A DNA stretch of 64,000 bases from Paraspadella gotoi (lineage: Eukaryota; Animalia; Chaetognatha). The stretch lies in contig CM119267.1 in assembly GCA_051294375.1 (NCBI GenBank), forward strand, positions 26,696,495 through 26,760,494, read 5' to 3'. Both the position numbers and the translations under genes were made by a program. The notes beneath the pieces were generated by a model, which was given only the letters and a program-made list of their open reading frames with translations, was not told where the DNA came from and made no database searches. Shown one piece after another: positions 36,028-50,850 of the stretch (the stretch's first letter is position 1; each line of letters begins with the position of its first letter).

Positions 36028-39000
36028 CGGAAAGCATCTTCGCAAAGAGCCGTCGTCAAGGAGACGTAACATGCGACTTTTCACGGGCGAGCCACGCCCT
36101 CGAAAAAGTGGAGACGCAGATGTTCGCGACGAACGGGCTAACGTCGCGCACGTTTAAGGACAACATTTGTATAAGGAATCAGAAAGACGCCTAAAGAGCC
36201 GAGATCACTGAATAAGAAAACGGGTAAGAGAATGCGGAAGTCCGCAGGCTTCGTCAAGGAGGACGGGACGGCCGGGGCCGCCTCGAGATAGACGGGGAGT
36301 CGAAACCAAACGCTGCGATAAAAGGTCGAGGGGTCATAAACTCAAGAGTAACGATATTATTCATGAAGGCGACCGCTCCCCGCACATAATAATTCAATTA
36401 TTGAATTTCTTTTCTTCAAGAGATCTTGTACAAGAATCATGAACGCGCAAAGGCAACCGCGGCGCAGAAGATGCTCGACATAGGAAGAGGAACTGCTACG
36501 TGGCGAAGCAACGCGAATCACCCAGACAGAGCGAAGCGTTTTCGCGGGCCTGGAACTCGTGTTATAAACTCGGGGGATAGCACGCTTACGGCGAATTCGT
36601 TCACCTCGTCGTCATGAACGGACGTCACAAGGCGCTGTATTGGACCCGGGGCGATCACGAGGGCCGGCTTCCCGCAATGGTCGAGTTTATACCTCGGTTT
36701 ATTAATTTAATACTTGCTTAATTCCGATCTGGTGGTCTGAAAATCCTGTGGGGGGAGTGTCGAATTTATGTCCGTTCACGAGGCGCACTGCTAAGTTAGA
36801 AGAAATCCGACTCATTAGAAACGGTATGTATTATCTCCGTATTCGTCTATAAGGCAAGTTGAATTTATCTCTTAGCCAGTTTGCAGAGAGAAGCGGAGCC
36901 GGCGGGGATGAAAATAAAACAAAGTAGTTTTGCTGATGATTCCGGTCATGCTCATTGCCCTTGATTAGTGAGTTTTAATGAAATATTCCGCTCATTGGAA
37001 TAATTATTGATCTTCATTTTACAGCTCATCAATTTGACACTGTTATAAGGTTTTTGACTGTTCACTGCGTCTTCTCAACACTTAAATATCAGCTATACTT
37101 GTAGGCTTCTACACAATCTACTGGCATTGTGATTGATAGACCCAGACATTTAAAATTAAGGTTCTTGAAAAATTAGCCTTTTTTACTTATATTAATTTGG
37201 AATACCTTTGATGCCATCTTTATGTATGCGATATAAGTCTTGTTATTAATATTCTCTTCTCTCCTCTCTCTCTCTTTCTCTTCTCCTCTTTTTGCGGCTT
37301 ATCTTTCTCGCCTACTAATGTCTCCGATCTTCCTTCTCTCTCTCTCTATCTCTCTCTCTCTCATTCCCCCCGGCCGTCCCAAATAACGATCGCCATGACT
37401 GCACTATGCAATTTTCCGCCGTGTTTGTTACTCACATAATTTTTTCGTGACGCCTCGCCTTACCCCTTTACGACGACGTGCATCAAAATTAAACGACGAC
37501 GGAAATCAAGACGTACGTATAATCGATACTGAGGAATTAAATGAGAGAAAATACTGCGCGAAAATAAGTGGAACATAATAGAAGAAATCCCTTCAGCGAA
37601 TCGCGGATAGTAAAAACAGGGGGGGGTTGGAAGGGGGGGTGAGGAATGGGGGTGAGGAAAGGAGGGGGGTGGAAGGAAGGGGGAGGGTGAGTAAGGGGGG
37701 AGGTGAGTGAAGGAGATGAGATGAAAAGAGGAGGTCAAAAAATGGTCGAGCATGGTCGATGAGTGGCTGAGGGAAGGATCGAGAGATTGTCAAAGGGATA
37801 CCATGCTTTCGGCAGGTTCAAAGGCGGAGACAAGGAAGAGTGATGGTGATCCTCGCCTCATGGTCTGCGAGAGGGTCATCCAAATAAAAAATGGGGAGAA
37901 GATTGCGTCGGTGCCATTTAATAAATTAATATGCTTATTAATTATTAATTCGGCCTACAAAAACGTACAATTGTTTTCTTTTGGGAAGAAAAATCTTCAT
38001 TTTCCTCTCCCATCTCTGAGTTATGAGATTCTGTTCCAACGAACAAAAAAAAAAAAGAAAGAAAATCTGAAGAATCTATTTCCGGTTTCTGTCACCGAAA
38101 GGAATGTTATTCTTTTTTTTCTTTTACAAGAATAATTTAATGCATTGTATCGTGTCGAAAGTTTGGCGCTTGATTTCCACGCCTGGTGACGGAAAGAAAA
38201 GCAGAACGACACGACGAACGGACCGACTACACAGCGACGACGAATGACCCCGACGTCGCAAGAAGGACAAAGGGAACCTCGTTCGATGAACGATGACGAC
38301 GACGACGACGCGACGAACGACGACATGATGATTTTCATTCCGGAAAACAACCGAAAGACGACACTCGATGATGACGGTGGACGAACGATAATAATGAACG
38401 CCACCGTACACCGGAATAACGCAGTCGCAAAAACAAAAGAAGCCGCGAAAATTTAGCGAGTTATTTCGAGCGATGATTCCTGGCGGCGTAAGGCGTCTGC
38501 GTCGGCGGCGGCGGCGGCGCGGCGGCGGGCGGTGAAGGCGAAGAGAGGCGTCGTTTTCTCGACTCGGTCCTCTCATTTCGGTTCATCCACCATTTTTTTT
38601 TTGGCTGCTTGCGTGCCTTAGATGCCTTTAATGGGCCTTCCTTTTTTATTGCGGCATTTATGACTTTTAATGCCCTTTATTCCTCTTTATGCCTTTCATT
38701 CACCTCACCTTCTAACTTATTGGACTTCACGAAAATTGGCCAATTTAGGGGCGGGTCGAGCGACCGGAATATTTTATCGATTATTTTCGTCTATTTTTAC
38801 CGAGGCGTAACTCATTTGACCTGATATATTATTTTCATGAGGCGTAATAAACTTTCCTCTCTAAACATTCGCAATCGCTTGGATTTATTATCTAGTCTAA
38901 ATTTTGGCATTTAATTCACTCTTCTACTTTAAAAAAAAATGGTTAGCTAAAGAATTTTTTTAAATTATTCTTATAATTTAATAAAAAAGATAGAATTAAG

Positions 39001-39857
39001 ATTTGTTTCTCAAGGTACCTCAAACAACCATCTCGAGTTTTCCTTCTCATGACTCTCACTCTCTCTCATCTCTCTCTTCAGCTCGTTCTTCTCTTGCTTC
39101 TCTCTCTCTCTCTCTTTCTCTCTCTCTTCTCTCTCCCTCTCATCTCTCCTCTCTCTCTCTTTCTTCTCTCTCCCACGCCTATTTCTCTATCTCTTCGTCT
39201 CTCTCATCTATCTGCTCTACACATTTTCTCTCTTTATCTGCATCGTTAAATTTTTTCTATTTTTCCTCTTTCTCTCTGCTTCTCATCTTCGCTCTCTCAT
39301 CTTTCGCCAAAGATTATAGACACGCACTTTCCCTTTTTTTCTCTACTCGCACTTGGTCTCACATCATTTACACCTTGTTTGTCGATTACATTACGTTAGA
39401 TCTTCGGCCTTCTTTTTTCAAAAAAAGATCTTTTTTATTTTATTAACTATATAGTTCTTTCCAATTTTGTATAAGCGAGAATTCCTTTTAGTATCTTTTT
39501 TTGGCGGTCGGTTTGATTCCCTTTTTCTTCATTACCGTCCCATCTTGGATGCGTAATAGTTTATAAATTTTTAACTGAAGCGTTTATTATAATTATATGG
39601 TAGTAGCTTTTCTTTACTCTTATTTTCGTTATATTTCTCTCTCATTGAGACTGCCGGTATCCGTTTTACCAATTTCACATTACACTTTGTCACTGATTTC
39701 AAAATATATTTTTCGACAGTTTCTATATTTACACTTTTTTAAGTCTCTTTCCTCTAAAACCATCTTTTCCTCTCTTCCTTAGAAATTCCAGGACGAATTT
39801 TCGCTTTTCTTAATTTCTTCCTCATATATGTGGTTTCTTCTCTGCTTCATCCTCATC

Positions 39858-39936
<79 letters not shown>

Positions 39937-40146
39937 CTCTCTTTCCTCCAACGTTTATACCCTTTTCCAAGTTTCCGATCTGCTGCCCGTTAAATTTTTA
40001 TTTTTTAATTTCCTTCTTTCCATCTTTTGCGAAGGGATTATGACAATCAACTCTCGGCTTCGAGGAAAGACGAAGGCGCATGGGCGGGAGGAGAAGGAGG
40101 AATATCACAATGAGCTCGAAATGGACTTCCGGCTATGGAGGGCGAG

Positions 40147-40213
<67 letters not shown>

Positions 40214-41620
40214 AGAAGAGACCGCGCAAGAGATAGGACGGAGACATCTTTTTGGGAAAGGCATAACGACGTGACGGAGGCGGCCCGCGTGGAAGAGACA
40301 AATGAAACAACTCTTTTTCTCGAGCCGAGGAGGGAAAGGAGGGACGGGACGAGAGAGAGAGAGAGAGAGCACGGAGAGAGAAGAGAAGAAGAGAGAAGAG
40401 AAGAGAGAGAGAGAGGAGAACATTTTTGGAAGAGAAATTCCGCTCAATCTAATCTTTCCTTTCTTATGTATTTTCTTTATCTCCTTGCTCTAATGTTCTA
40501 TGTTTTCTTTCTCTTCATCTTTCTCCTCCTATTTCTCTTTTATTTCTTTCTCTATTCCCTCTCTCTCGCCTCATCTTTTCGTCTTCTCTCTCTGTCTCGA
40601 CTTCTCTTCGACTCTTTCTCGTCTTCAATTCTCTTATCTCTTATTTCTAATGTCTCACTCTCTTCTCTCTTTCTCTCTCTATCCTCGCTTCCTTCTCGTT
40701 GCTTTCTTTTTCATTCACTCCAGAGTTGAAGGACGACAGTGAAGGTTTTTGAAATTTTTTTTCACGCTCCCCCCCTTTCTCTCTCTCTCTCTTTCTCAAT
40801 TCTCTCAATTCTCGTGTTTGTCAATCTCTCTTTCCTCTTTCTTTCTCAATCTTTCTTTTCTTTTCGTTTCCTTTCTTTTTTTTATAACTTCTTCCATTCT
40901 CAATCTCTCTTCCTCTCTGGGTCCTCTTTTCCCGGGATAGGATGAATTCTCACTCAATTTTTTTCTTCCTCCACAAAATTCCCCGCCCACCTCCCGCCCC
41001 CCCCTTTAGCCCCCCGCAAAAAATTTGTCGCCTGAAAATGGGCCGGGACACCTTCAACTCCACAACCTTCACTCCCCCCGCCCCCTCGCCCACCCACCAA
41101 CAGAATTAAAATGGATGGAATATCTTTTTTCCTTTTCTCTCTCTTCTCTCCTCTTCTCTCTCTCTCATCTCTTCTCTCCTCGATCTTCTCTCTCTCCCTC
41201 TTCCTCCCCCTCCTCCCCTCTCCCTCTCCTTCCCCTCTCTCTCTCTCCTCTCTCTCCTCTCTCTCTCTCTCTATCTTATCTCTCTCTCTCTCTCTCGTCG
41301 AGTCCGCGAAATATGCCCAAAATCTAAACGAGAGGAAAATATGTTTCTCTCTTCTTCTCTCTCTCTCTCTCTTCTCGTCTCTCTCTCTTCTCTCCTTCTC
41401 TCTCTCTTCTCTCTCTCTCTCTCTCTTCCCTTTTTCCGCTTTTTTACGTCCCTTAATCCGCATTTCTGCGCTGAGAAAATTCCCGACTCGCGACGTCGAA
41501 CGAATTACGAAATCTTTTTCTTTTTTTTCTTTTTCCTTTTTTCGCTCTGTTTTGGAAAGCGAGGATCGAAATTGACTCGACTAATGCATCGTAGGAGGAA
41601 GAGTGGGGGTATGAGGGGAA

Positions 41621-41663
<43 letters not shown>

Positions 41664-42871
41664 AGGAGGGAGGGTGGAAGATGAGGAGAGAGAGAGAGGA
41701 GAGAAGAGAGAGAGAGAGAGAAGAGAGAGGGAAGTACTTTTGAGAAGTCGTTCCTCTCTTGTTTGCTTGGTTTGTCGTATAAAAAACCCATTTATAGCCA
41801 TACGATTAAATTCCAACAAACTTTTTTTTTCTTTCAGTTTTTTTTTTCCCGTCTCTTTTCTCTCTTTTTCTTGTTTTCTTTCTTTCCATCTTTGGAAAAA
41901 GGGATAATGCCCGTGACGAGTGTTTAGCCCACTCTCACACTCACAAACGCCAAAAATAACTCCACTTCGAACTTTCTTGGGGCGCCTTACTCCAAAACTT
42001 ATCTCATGCATATTTTTTATCATTTTACTTCCACGAGCCTGTCGGCGCGGTCCAAAACTTTCGGACGATCTCTCTCATCTCCTCTCTCTCTTTCTCTCTC
42101 CTCTGTCGAGTCTCTTCATCTCGCGTTCAGCTTGTTATCTCTCCGGTCCATCAGCCGATCTTTCTCTCTCGTCCCAACAATTTTCTCTCAGATCTCTTCT
42201 AACATCTTCTCCCTTCTCTCTCTCTCTCTGCTCCGTTCTTCTCTCTCTTCTCTTTTCCCCCTCGTCTTTCTCTCTTCTTTTTCACACTTCCCTCCTCATA
42301 CTAAACCATTAATTTCATTTTTCTACTTTTAACTCTGACGACAAAATTTTAATACTTTTTTTTCCTTCTGCTAAGAAAACTACTTTTTTTCCTGTCGTTG
42401 GTTCTCATTTTTTTTTTTGTGAACGAAAGCTTACAACAAGAATGGTTCAATTTGCTTTTTACAATTTAATGTATTTTTTTTTTCATTTAATAATTTTACA
42501 TAGAAACCTATTAAGTAAACAGCAAAAAAATCCAACTAATTAAAAAAAAAATAAATCATATAAGTCATATCGTTTTTCCCTTAGGACTAAGTATAGAAAC
42601 CAGAAATGGATATAAAATTGATATAACTTCAAATTTTTGTTCATATCTATTTATTTCATATTTAAAAATGTTTTAGATTTGTCCTTGACGTGAAATAATG
42701 AAAAAAAAGAAAATGAAAAATACTCGATTTATTCGCTTCACAAGATAAGCGTCTGATGGAATTTGTTTCCCACCGGCGATGGCAAATATTTTCTTCGTTC
42801 GGGGAAAAAGTTGACGAGGGAAGGGTGATGATTCCACAATTCAACGGCGTCATAGGGCGGAACAGAGAGAG

Positions 42872-42935
<64 letters not shown>

Positions 42936-45094
42936 AGTTAAGAAGAGAGAGAGAGTAGAGAGAGCGAGAGAGAGAATACATAGTGGAAAAAGGCAAAACC
43001 AGAAAGATTCCCCAAATTTCTTCGATTTTGGTTAAGGGACCCAGTGATAAAATGGATATCATAAGCTTAAGGGGTCCTTATCATCAAAGGAATTTGATGG
43101 TGATAGTCATTAATTTTTTCTTTTGCACGGGAAAGTGACAAAAAAATTCCTATCTCTTAATTCTAGCGGAAAACGAAAAATTTAATAATTAATGAAAAAA
43201 AATTTAGTGCCCCTACCTAAATATTTATATAATCATTCTTTTTATTTTTGCATTTAGAAAGTATTTTTTACTTTAAATTCCAATTTTCTTATTTTTTACT
43301 GTAGCAAGCTATAATTTTTAGGTTTAGCCATCATTGAACAAAGGCTATTACAAGAACTAATATTTTTTTGATTTTTATATTATTTTAATATTTACTTAAA
43401 AGCAGATAAATCAACACCTAAATTCTATTCTTAACAGAACAACTGTAATAATTATTAATTAATATTCTATATTCATCCCTTAAATTATAAATTACTATAT
43501 TAATCCTAATTATAACAATTAAATTTAGCAAAGTACAGAATCTTTTCTCTTCCTTTTATATTTATGATCCTCAAAGAGTTTTATTTTCAATCAAATTAAC
43601 AGAAATCAATGTTGAAAAGAAAAGTTTAACAGTAAAATCAGTCGATACCTTTAAATTTTGGAGAGGATTCATTCCTTGTTTTTTTTTTTTCTTATAAAAT
43701 TTTTGTGATAAAAGCAGAAAATCTTTTTAAAATTAGATCTTACCCTTTTTTAGAAAAAAAAAAAAAATTTTTTAAACTTGAAAAGATTTTCTTCGCTTAA
43801 CGATTTTTTAAAGAAAATTAAGCTCCGCTGGCTTTTATCCGAATTTTTTAACTACTTTCCCCAAATGATTAATAGAAGAAAAAATTATATGATCAGAACC
43901 AGCTTAAGTTAAAGGGTCAAACGTTATGGGTTTCCAAAAGCTTTTTACCCCCCTGTTTCACTTGGGTCCCTTAAGGGTCTCTCTTCATTTTTAATTGAAA
44001 AAAAAAAAATTCGGAATTTTCTTTTCTTTTTGTTCCAGGCTGCGGTCCATCTTTTTTTCTTGGTTGGTTGTTTGTCGTTGTTTGCTGTCGTTGTTGTCGT
44101 CTGTGAACTGATTTCTCTTCTTAAGGCAACGCGTGGAAATCGCCTTTCTTTTCTTTTTTTTTTCTTTTTTTCGTCCCTCAGACCTCGAATGAAAAAGAAA
44201 ACTAATGGAACGAAAGAAAATAAAATGTTAACGTTTTACACGAGGAGAAAACTTGATCGTGTCGCAAATTTTTGGCAATCGTCGTCGGTGGTCGTCGGTG
44301 GTCGTCGTGGTCGTTTTCCGTCTTATATCCCTTTCCGTTGTTTCGGTCGTCTCTGTCACTAGCATGAAAATCAGAATTAAAAGTTTATTGTGGTGTTGGT
44401 TGTTATTTTTTTTTTTTTTTTTCGTTTAAATTACCGAGAAAATTGTTTTTCTTTTCATTTTTTTTCTTTAATCTTTTTTTGAAATTTATGTTTTAATATT
44501 ATATGTTGAATTTTAATGATACCCGAACGATTCCGGCCAAGGGTTTTTCGCCAGTAGACCTCAAGAAAGGAAATGTTTCAACGACAGGGGTTCAACACCG
44601 CTAACTTTTTTTTTCTTACCGAGACCTAAATAAATATTTAAAGTGGGATCACCGAAAAAAAGCACATAAAAATATCTATCAACGCTGTTGCCATGGTTTT
44701 ATCCGTACAGAAGTTGATCCTTTGACTCAAATTTTTCAGTTTAGTTATAGTAAATTCTCAATAATCCTGATAATAAGCATATCCCTTCATCTATAATATA
44801 TTTATAATAGTAAACTATTAACAGATTTTGACAAAAACAATCAACGACGAAAAATTGTTACCTTACTAGAAGCAGTCAACGTTCAATCCCGTAAAAGGCC
44901 TGAACAAGAAAGAAAAAAAATGGGAAAGATAAGAAAAAAATTTCCTAGAGGAAATTGGCTTCTCTGTCTCGGCCCCCTGGGCAGAGAGCCAGGACACGAT
45001 TAACATTGTAGAAAAATGGGAGAACGGGGACAATTAGATAGGGAAAGAGGATCCTATGGCCAGAAGATGGTCCTCGAGCGGGCAGCGCTTTTTT

Positions 45095-45207
45095 ATGCAA
45101 AGGGAAATATAAAAAGTGCCTCATGAGATCGGGACACTTAGAAAGATAAGGCGCCAAGGAGGGGAAGCCCGCAATGTGAAGGAGGCAGGGAGAAAAGACG
45201 ATCCGAA
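45095..45207 (-). pseudogene. Frameshifted inverted partial copy of the PIGN exon 48145-48294
   Basis: Reverse complement of 48145-48252, with the acceptor immediately adjacent (45208-45209) and several indels (LLHIA..LAPYL). Confidence 0.75.
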
Positions 45208-48200
45208 CTAAAGACAAACAATATAGCTTCTTTTTTTAACTCTCATGAACAAAAGATTTCAAAGAAGTATTAAATTAATAAGGAAACGAGAGTAGGGAAA
45301 AAGGTTTGCGGTAATGGGGGATTAAAAGATTCTTGAAGAAAAGAATTTCATAATTAATTTATGATGCTATAATTATGTACCATGATTGAAAAAAAAAAAT
45401 TGTCCGCGGTTTGGAAAGTCGGTTAATTTCAGTTGTCAAACATTATATTTTTGCCGTTAAATAGAGTTTTAATATATACATATGACTTCCCTAGTAGAGT
45501 GGAGCCACTTGGGAACATAAAATTTTTATTATGAAGCTGAATCAAACACAGGATTTTTAAGATGTGAGATCGTATGATTAAGGAATACAAAAAATATTTT
45601 GCTTGTAATTTGTTTGGGGAAAGTATCATTAATTACAATATATTTATAGTAATTCCTTAGAAATAATAAATTTTCAAAAATAATTTTTTAAATTTTTTAT
45701 TAAAGATCTGATTCTTCATAAAAAGTTAGATCAAAAATATAAATATGTTATTTAAAATTTCAATGTCTTCAGCGTCAAAAATGGAAAAATAGGTCAATTT
45801 CCACTTTTTTACACTTTGTAATAGCAACTATTAATTATTATATATGAACAATTTTAGTCATTTTTTGCAGCTTTAACCTAAAATATCTAAACATATTTTA
45901 CAAAAGTTTTTTCAAGTTTTTTTCCAGCGAATCCAAAACAGTTCTCAAATTAAAAAATATGATTTTGAAATTTATGAATTTTATAAGGATATTTAACTAT
46001 ATAGAATTATTCAATTAATGATACTGTTTATCAAATTTATTTGAAAAGGGGCTTAAATTAATTTTTTTTTTACATTACAAGGCAAGCAAAATACATTGGT
46101 TCATCGCTCAATTTTTCATTACTCTACCCTTTTCCCTAGGACTGAATAAAACTATTATTTCTCAACCGCATAAAATTGTTCATTGCATACAATTACTTCA
46201 ACTGTTTTTCCGCCTCTTTTTGGATAAGAGAAATATCATATTATTATTAATATTATATTTCTGACATAATATTTTTTTTAATTTTGGCAAAAAATGGTCT
46301 TTTTTGGCAAGCAGTGAAATGGATTGATTCCTCTATAAAATAACAGGCTTGAGTGTTGGCAGCTTCATGTGTTGACGCAATCCGTCCTTCCCTCAACAAA
46401 ATCTTTGATTTTTTTTTTTTTTTTGACTGTTTGATACTATGTTTTTGATAATACAACAGAGGTAAATAAAATTAGTGTTGGCATAAAAACCCACCCCAAA
46501 AAATTTTAAAAAACAGCTAAAAAAACCAATATAAAATCTACTAAAAGCCCAGGTTTTTTTGTTTTTTTAAGAAAATTACTTGATTTTTTTATATGAAATA
46601 TTAAATTGTTGAAGCGCAAATTTAAATCAATATCAGATACATCAATTTTACAAAGCTTAATATATAATTTATGATAAAAATAACACTAACCTATGTTTTA
46701 CATGTTTACTATCAGTATCACTTTCGGTTGCTGGATTTCTGTACCATCAACAATTTAATGTTTCATATTAAAAAATCAAGTAATTTTAAAAAAAACAAAA
46801 AAACCTACTTTTTAGTAGATTTTTATTGGTTTTTTTAGCTGTTTTTTAAAATTTTTTGGGGTGGGTTTTTATGCCAACACTAATTTTATTTACCTCTGTT
46901 GTATTATCAAAAACATAGTATCAAACAAGTCCAAAAAAAAAGAAAAATCAAAGATTTTGTTGAAGGGAAGGACGATGCGTCAACACATGAAGCAGCAACA
47001 ACTCAAGCCTTGTTTATTTTATAGAGGATCAATCCATTTCACTGCTTGCCAAAGACCATTTTTTGCCCAAAATTTGATAAAAAAAATATTATGTCAGAGA
47101 TATAATATTAATAATAATATGAGTAGTTCTCTTGATCAAAAAGAGGCGAAAACAGTTGAAGTAATTGTATGCAATGAACAATTTTATGCGGTTGAGAAAT
47201 AATATTTTTATTCAGTCCTAGGGAAAAGGGTGGAGTAATGAAAAGATTGAGCGATGGAACAATGTTATTTTGCTGCCTTTGTATATGTAATAAAAAATAA
47301 TTAAGCCCCTTTTCAAATAAATTTTGCATAACAGTATCATTAATTGAATATTCTATATAGTAATATCCTTATAAAATCATAAAATTTCAAAATCATATTT
47401 TTTTAATTTTAAGAACTGTTTTGGATTCGCTGGAAAAAACTGAAAAACTTTTGTAAAATATGTTTTATGATATTTTTAGGTTAAAGCTGCAAAAAATGAC
47501 TAAAATGTTTCATCATATAATAATTAATAGTTGCTATTACAAAGTGTAAAAAAGTGGAGAATTTGACCTATTTTTTCCATTTTTGACGCTGAAGACATTG
47601 AAATTTTTAATAACATATTTTATATTTTTGATCTAACTTTTTATGAAGAATCAGAATCTTTAATAAAAAATTTAAAAAAATTATTTTGAAAATTTATTAT
47701 TTTCTAAGGATATTACTATAAATATATTGTAATTAATGATACTGTTCCCCAAACAATACAAGCAAAATATTTTTTGTATTCCTTAATCATACGATCTCAC
47801 ATCTAAAAATCCTTGTTTGTTCACTCAAATAAAATTTATGTTCCCAAGTGCTCCACTCTACTAGGGAAGTCATATTATATATTAAAACTCTGTTTAACGG
47901 CAAAAAATATGTTTGACAATGAAATTAACCGACTTTTCCAAACCGCGACAATTTTTTTTTCAATCATGGTACATAATTTATAGCATCATAAATTAATTAT
48001 TGAATTTCTTTTCTTCAAGAATCTTTAATCCCCCATACCGCAAACCTTTTTCCCTACTCTCGTTTCCTTTATTAATTTAATACTTCTTTGAAATCTTTTT
48101 TTTCATGAGAGTTAAAAAAAGAATGCTATATTGTTTGTCTTTAGTTCGGATCGTCTTCTCCCTCGCCTCCTTCACATTGCGGCTTCCCTCCTTGCGCCTT

Positions 48201-48252
48201 ATCTTCTAATGTCCCGATCTCATGAGGCACTTTTTTATATTTCCCTTTGCAT
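45095..48252. repeat. 3.1-kb inverted duplication (arms about 45095-46612 and 46747-48252), probably an artefact
   Basis: The arms are colinear reverse complements that differ mainly by homopolymer indels; 134-bp spacer. Confidence 0.85.
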
Positions 48253-48294
48253 TACGATGTTTTTTTGGATCGCATTAGAACACCAGTCCCTCAG
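48145..48294 (+). CDS. PIGN: PIGN exon
   Basis: ctttag acceptor, gtttgt donor; SDRLLPRLLHIAASLLAPYLLMSRSHEALFYISLCITMFFWIALEHQ matches PIGN RLFSILLSL..YLLLSTGYEALF..L...MFVWINIEQ. Confidence 0.9.
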
Positions 48295-48420
48295 GTTTGT
48301 TCTTCTAGATCGTAGTACGTATAGCACCAATGGTTCATTAAAATTTACTCATTACCTTTCAACACCAGTGCCTTGGATACATATTTTAGAATATAAATAT
48401 AAATCTAAATATATAATTTT

Positions 48421-50073
48421 TTATAATTCACTTTGTCGGTCCGTCGGGGTCCCGCCCGCTCAATATTGTCGGGGCATAACTTATATCATGTCAGAAACTC
48501 GGATTATGATAAAGTTATGGCAAAAAAAATGGCTCCGTCTGTCGTCCGTCCCCCTTAGCAAAAAACACCCAATTAGCTCGTGATTGGATTGGATGGATTT
48601 GAATGAAATTTTTCGGTGTGTGGGTAGGGAAGTGTGTGATTGGAGTGATATAAAGTCTCGATGGAATCGTCCGAGTGGAAATGAGTTTTAATGGAAAACA
48701 AAAATGTAAAAACGATACGACTAGCGATAATACGACTAGGGCATATCGGGCATGCAGCCAGGGCCTCGGGAGCTGCGACCCTCGACAGCGCGAGACTCAG
48801 CCGGACTAGTTCGAACGGAAGAGGTCGGGCCTTCCTCAGCGGTTGGGCGGATGCCCCACAGTGGGACCGGGAGCGGCGTCCAACTTCGCGCATGGATGAC
48901 TCCCACCTGTACCCAGGGAACATGCGACATACGCAGGCGACTTAACACGTTAGCGGCGGCGTGTGGGTGCTACTCAAGTCGAGCGCCCACCAGCGCATGC
49001 TAATTAGCGGTGTGGCACGTGCCGTGCGGGAGACGTTGGGGCGCCAGTCGTAGACAAAACCTTGTCTTCCCGGGGGACCCGCCAGGCTACCCGCTCGACT
49101 GAGCGGCATATATGAGAATTGCGGGACGGACGGATGGTCGAGGACTTCGCCGCGCCGGCGGGCGCATCCGCTCGCCCGCCCGGACTATTTGAAACACCAA
49201 TTGCTCAATGGTGGATTAGGGCGATTGACCTGGAATTTTGTATGTGAGTAGGAAAGTGTGTGATTGAACAGGAAACCAAGTTTCGATGGAATCGTTTGAG
49301 TGGAAATGAGTTTAAATGAAAAAAAAACCTGTTTCCACTAATTGATTATGATTTTTTTTCATTTTTATTAAAATGTATATTAATCAATTAGTCAATTAAT
49401 TAATCAATAATTAATTAATCAGTCAATCAATCCGTCCATCCATCCATCCATCTCACCTTAGCAAAAAGCCCCAATAACTCGTGATTGGCTGGTTGGATTG
49501 GAAAGAAATTTTGTGTATGGGTAGCAACATGTGTGATGAAGCTGGATATAAAGTTTCGACGGAATCGTGTGAGTGGATATGAGTTTAAATGGAAAAAACA
49601 TAAGTCGCATTTACTGAAATCTTTTTACTTATTTTAACCAATAAATAATAATAATAATTATAATTGGATGGATAGATTGAGTTCAAATTTTGTGTGTCGG
49701 TAGGAAAATGTGTGACGAAGCTTGATATAAAGTTTCGGTACGAGTGGAAATGAGTATAAATGAAAAAAAATGAGTCACATTTACTTGACTCTTTTTACTT
49801 ATTTTAACCCATAATAGATTGAGATGAAATTTTGTGAGCGGGAAGGAAAGTTTGTGAAGAAGCAAGATATAAAGTTTTGACGGAATTGTTCCAGTGGAAA
49901 TGAGTTTAAATGGAAAAAATATAAGTCACATTTACTTTATTTTAAGGACATCGATGATGATAAGCTGTATATAAATTTATAATTATTAAATATTAAAATT
50001 AATTAATTAATCGATTAATTAATTAATTATTAATTTTCGTAGGCAGATCCGACATTGTTTGCTCAAACTTGTT
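48421..50073 (+). mobile_element. HINE family A (5' end damaged) with a GC-rich interruption at about 48715-49184
   Basis: tataattcactttgtcggtcc core, several central repeats, intact 3' end gcagatccgacattgtttgctcaaacttgtt. Confidence 0.8.
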
Positions 50074-50850
50074 TTTACCAAATTTAATGTCCCAAAGCTG
50101 AGATAATTCTTTCCAAAGTGCTCAAAAATTGAAAAAAACACTATTTTTTAAACCTTAATAAAAATGGGATTATTATAGTTTTGTTTCAATACTTGGCAAT
50201 TAGGTCAAAAATTGTTCATATTTTGTGGTAGTGCAGGGTTGTGGAGCTGGCCATTTTTTCTCCAGCTCCAGCTCCGGCCAAAAAAATTTTTCAGCTCCAG
50301 CTCCAACTCCGTCTCCATCCTATATTTTTTTCCAGCTCCAGCTCCAATAAAAATTTTGAGACAGCTCCAGCTCCAGCTCCCAGCTCCGACCCTTTAATGT
50401 TTAATGTTACTTGTATTTAAATCAGTACTAATTTTATTAAGTAAAAAAAAAACATTTGTACCATACATAATTAAAAGTTTATTTAATTTATATAAAATAA
50501 CATTTATCTAAAATTTTACCTTTTACATTTTAAAATATTTTGATTATTTATCAGGATTTTACTATCTAGTTTGAGGCTCAGTATTTCATGAGTTATGCTA
50601 CATTGAATCATGTGATCACCTTTTAAGCTAGCTAAAAGATGGCTACAGTTAGAGAAAGGGGAAGGTCTCACTCCCAATGTCAAGGAACCATGGACAAACC
50701 TTAGCCCGCCTTGTCTTAAGGCAAGAAGATGGCAGCCGGCTGAAGCCCAAGGGCCAAGGCATTTTTCAAAAAGGATCTTTGCCCGACTCTAATATGTCGA
50801 CTCGACATTGTCGAGGTCCTTAAGTCTGAGAACTCAAGATCCAAATGACC

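Noticed and set aside
39003-42332. Long S/L-rich and E/R-rich ORFs up to 299 aa
   Set aside because: They are translations of (CT)n/(GA)n tracts in low-quality sequence.
48691-49184. GC-rich insert with overlapping ORFs inside a HINE
   Set aside because: It has no protein motif, TIR or TSD, and the flanks are indel-rich; it is probably a read burst error or an unidentifiable fragment.
50212-50397. APAPAP/LQLQLQ ORFs (also 57594-57842)
   Set aside because: They come from the subterminal (cagctc)n arrays of the hAT element.
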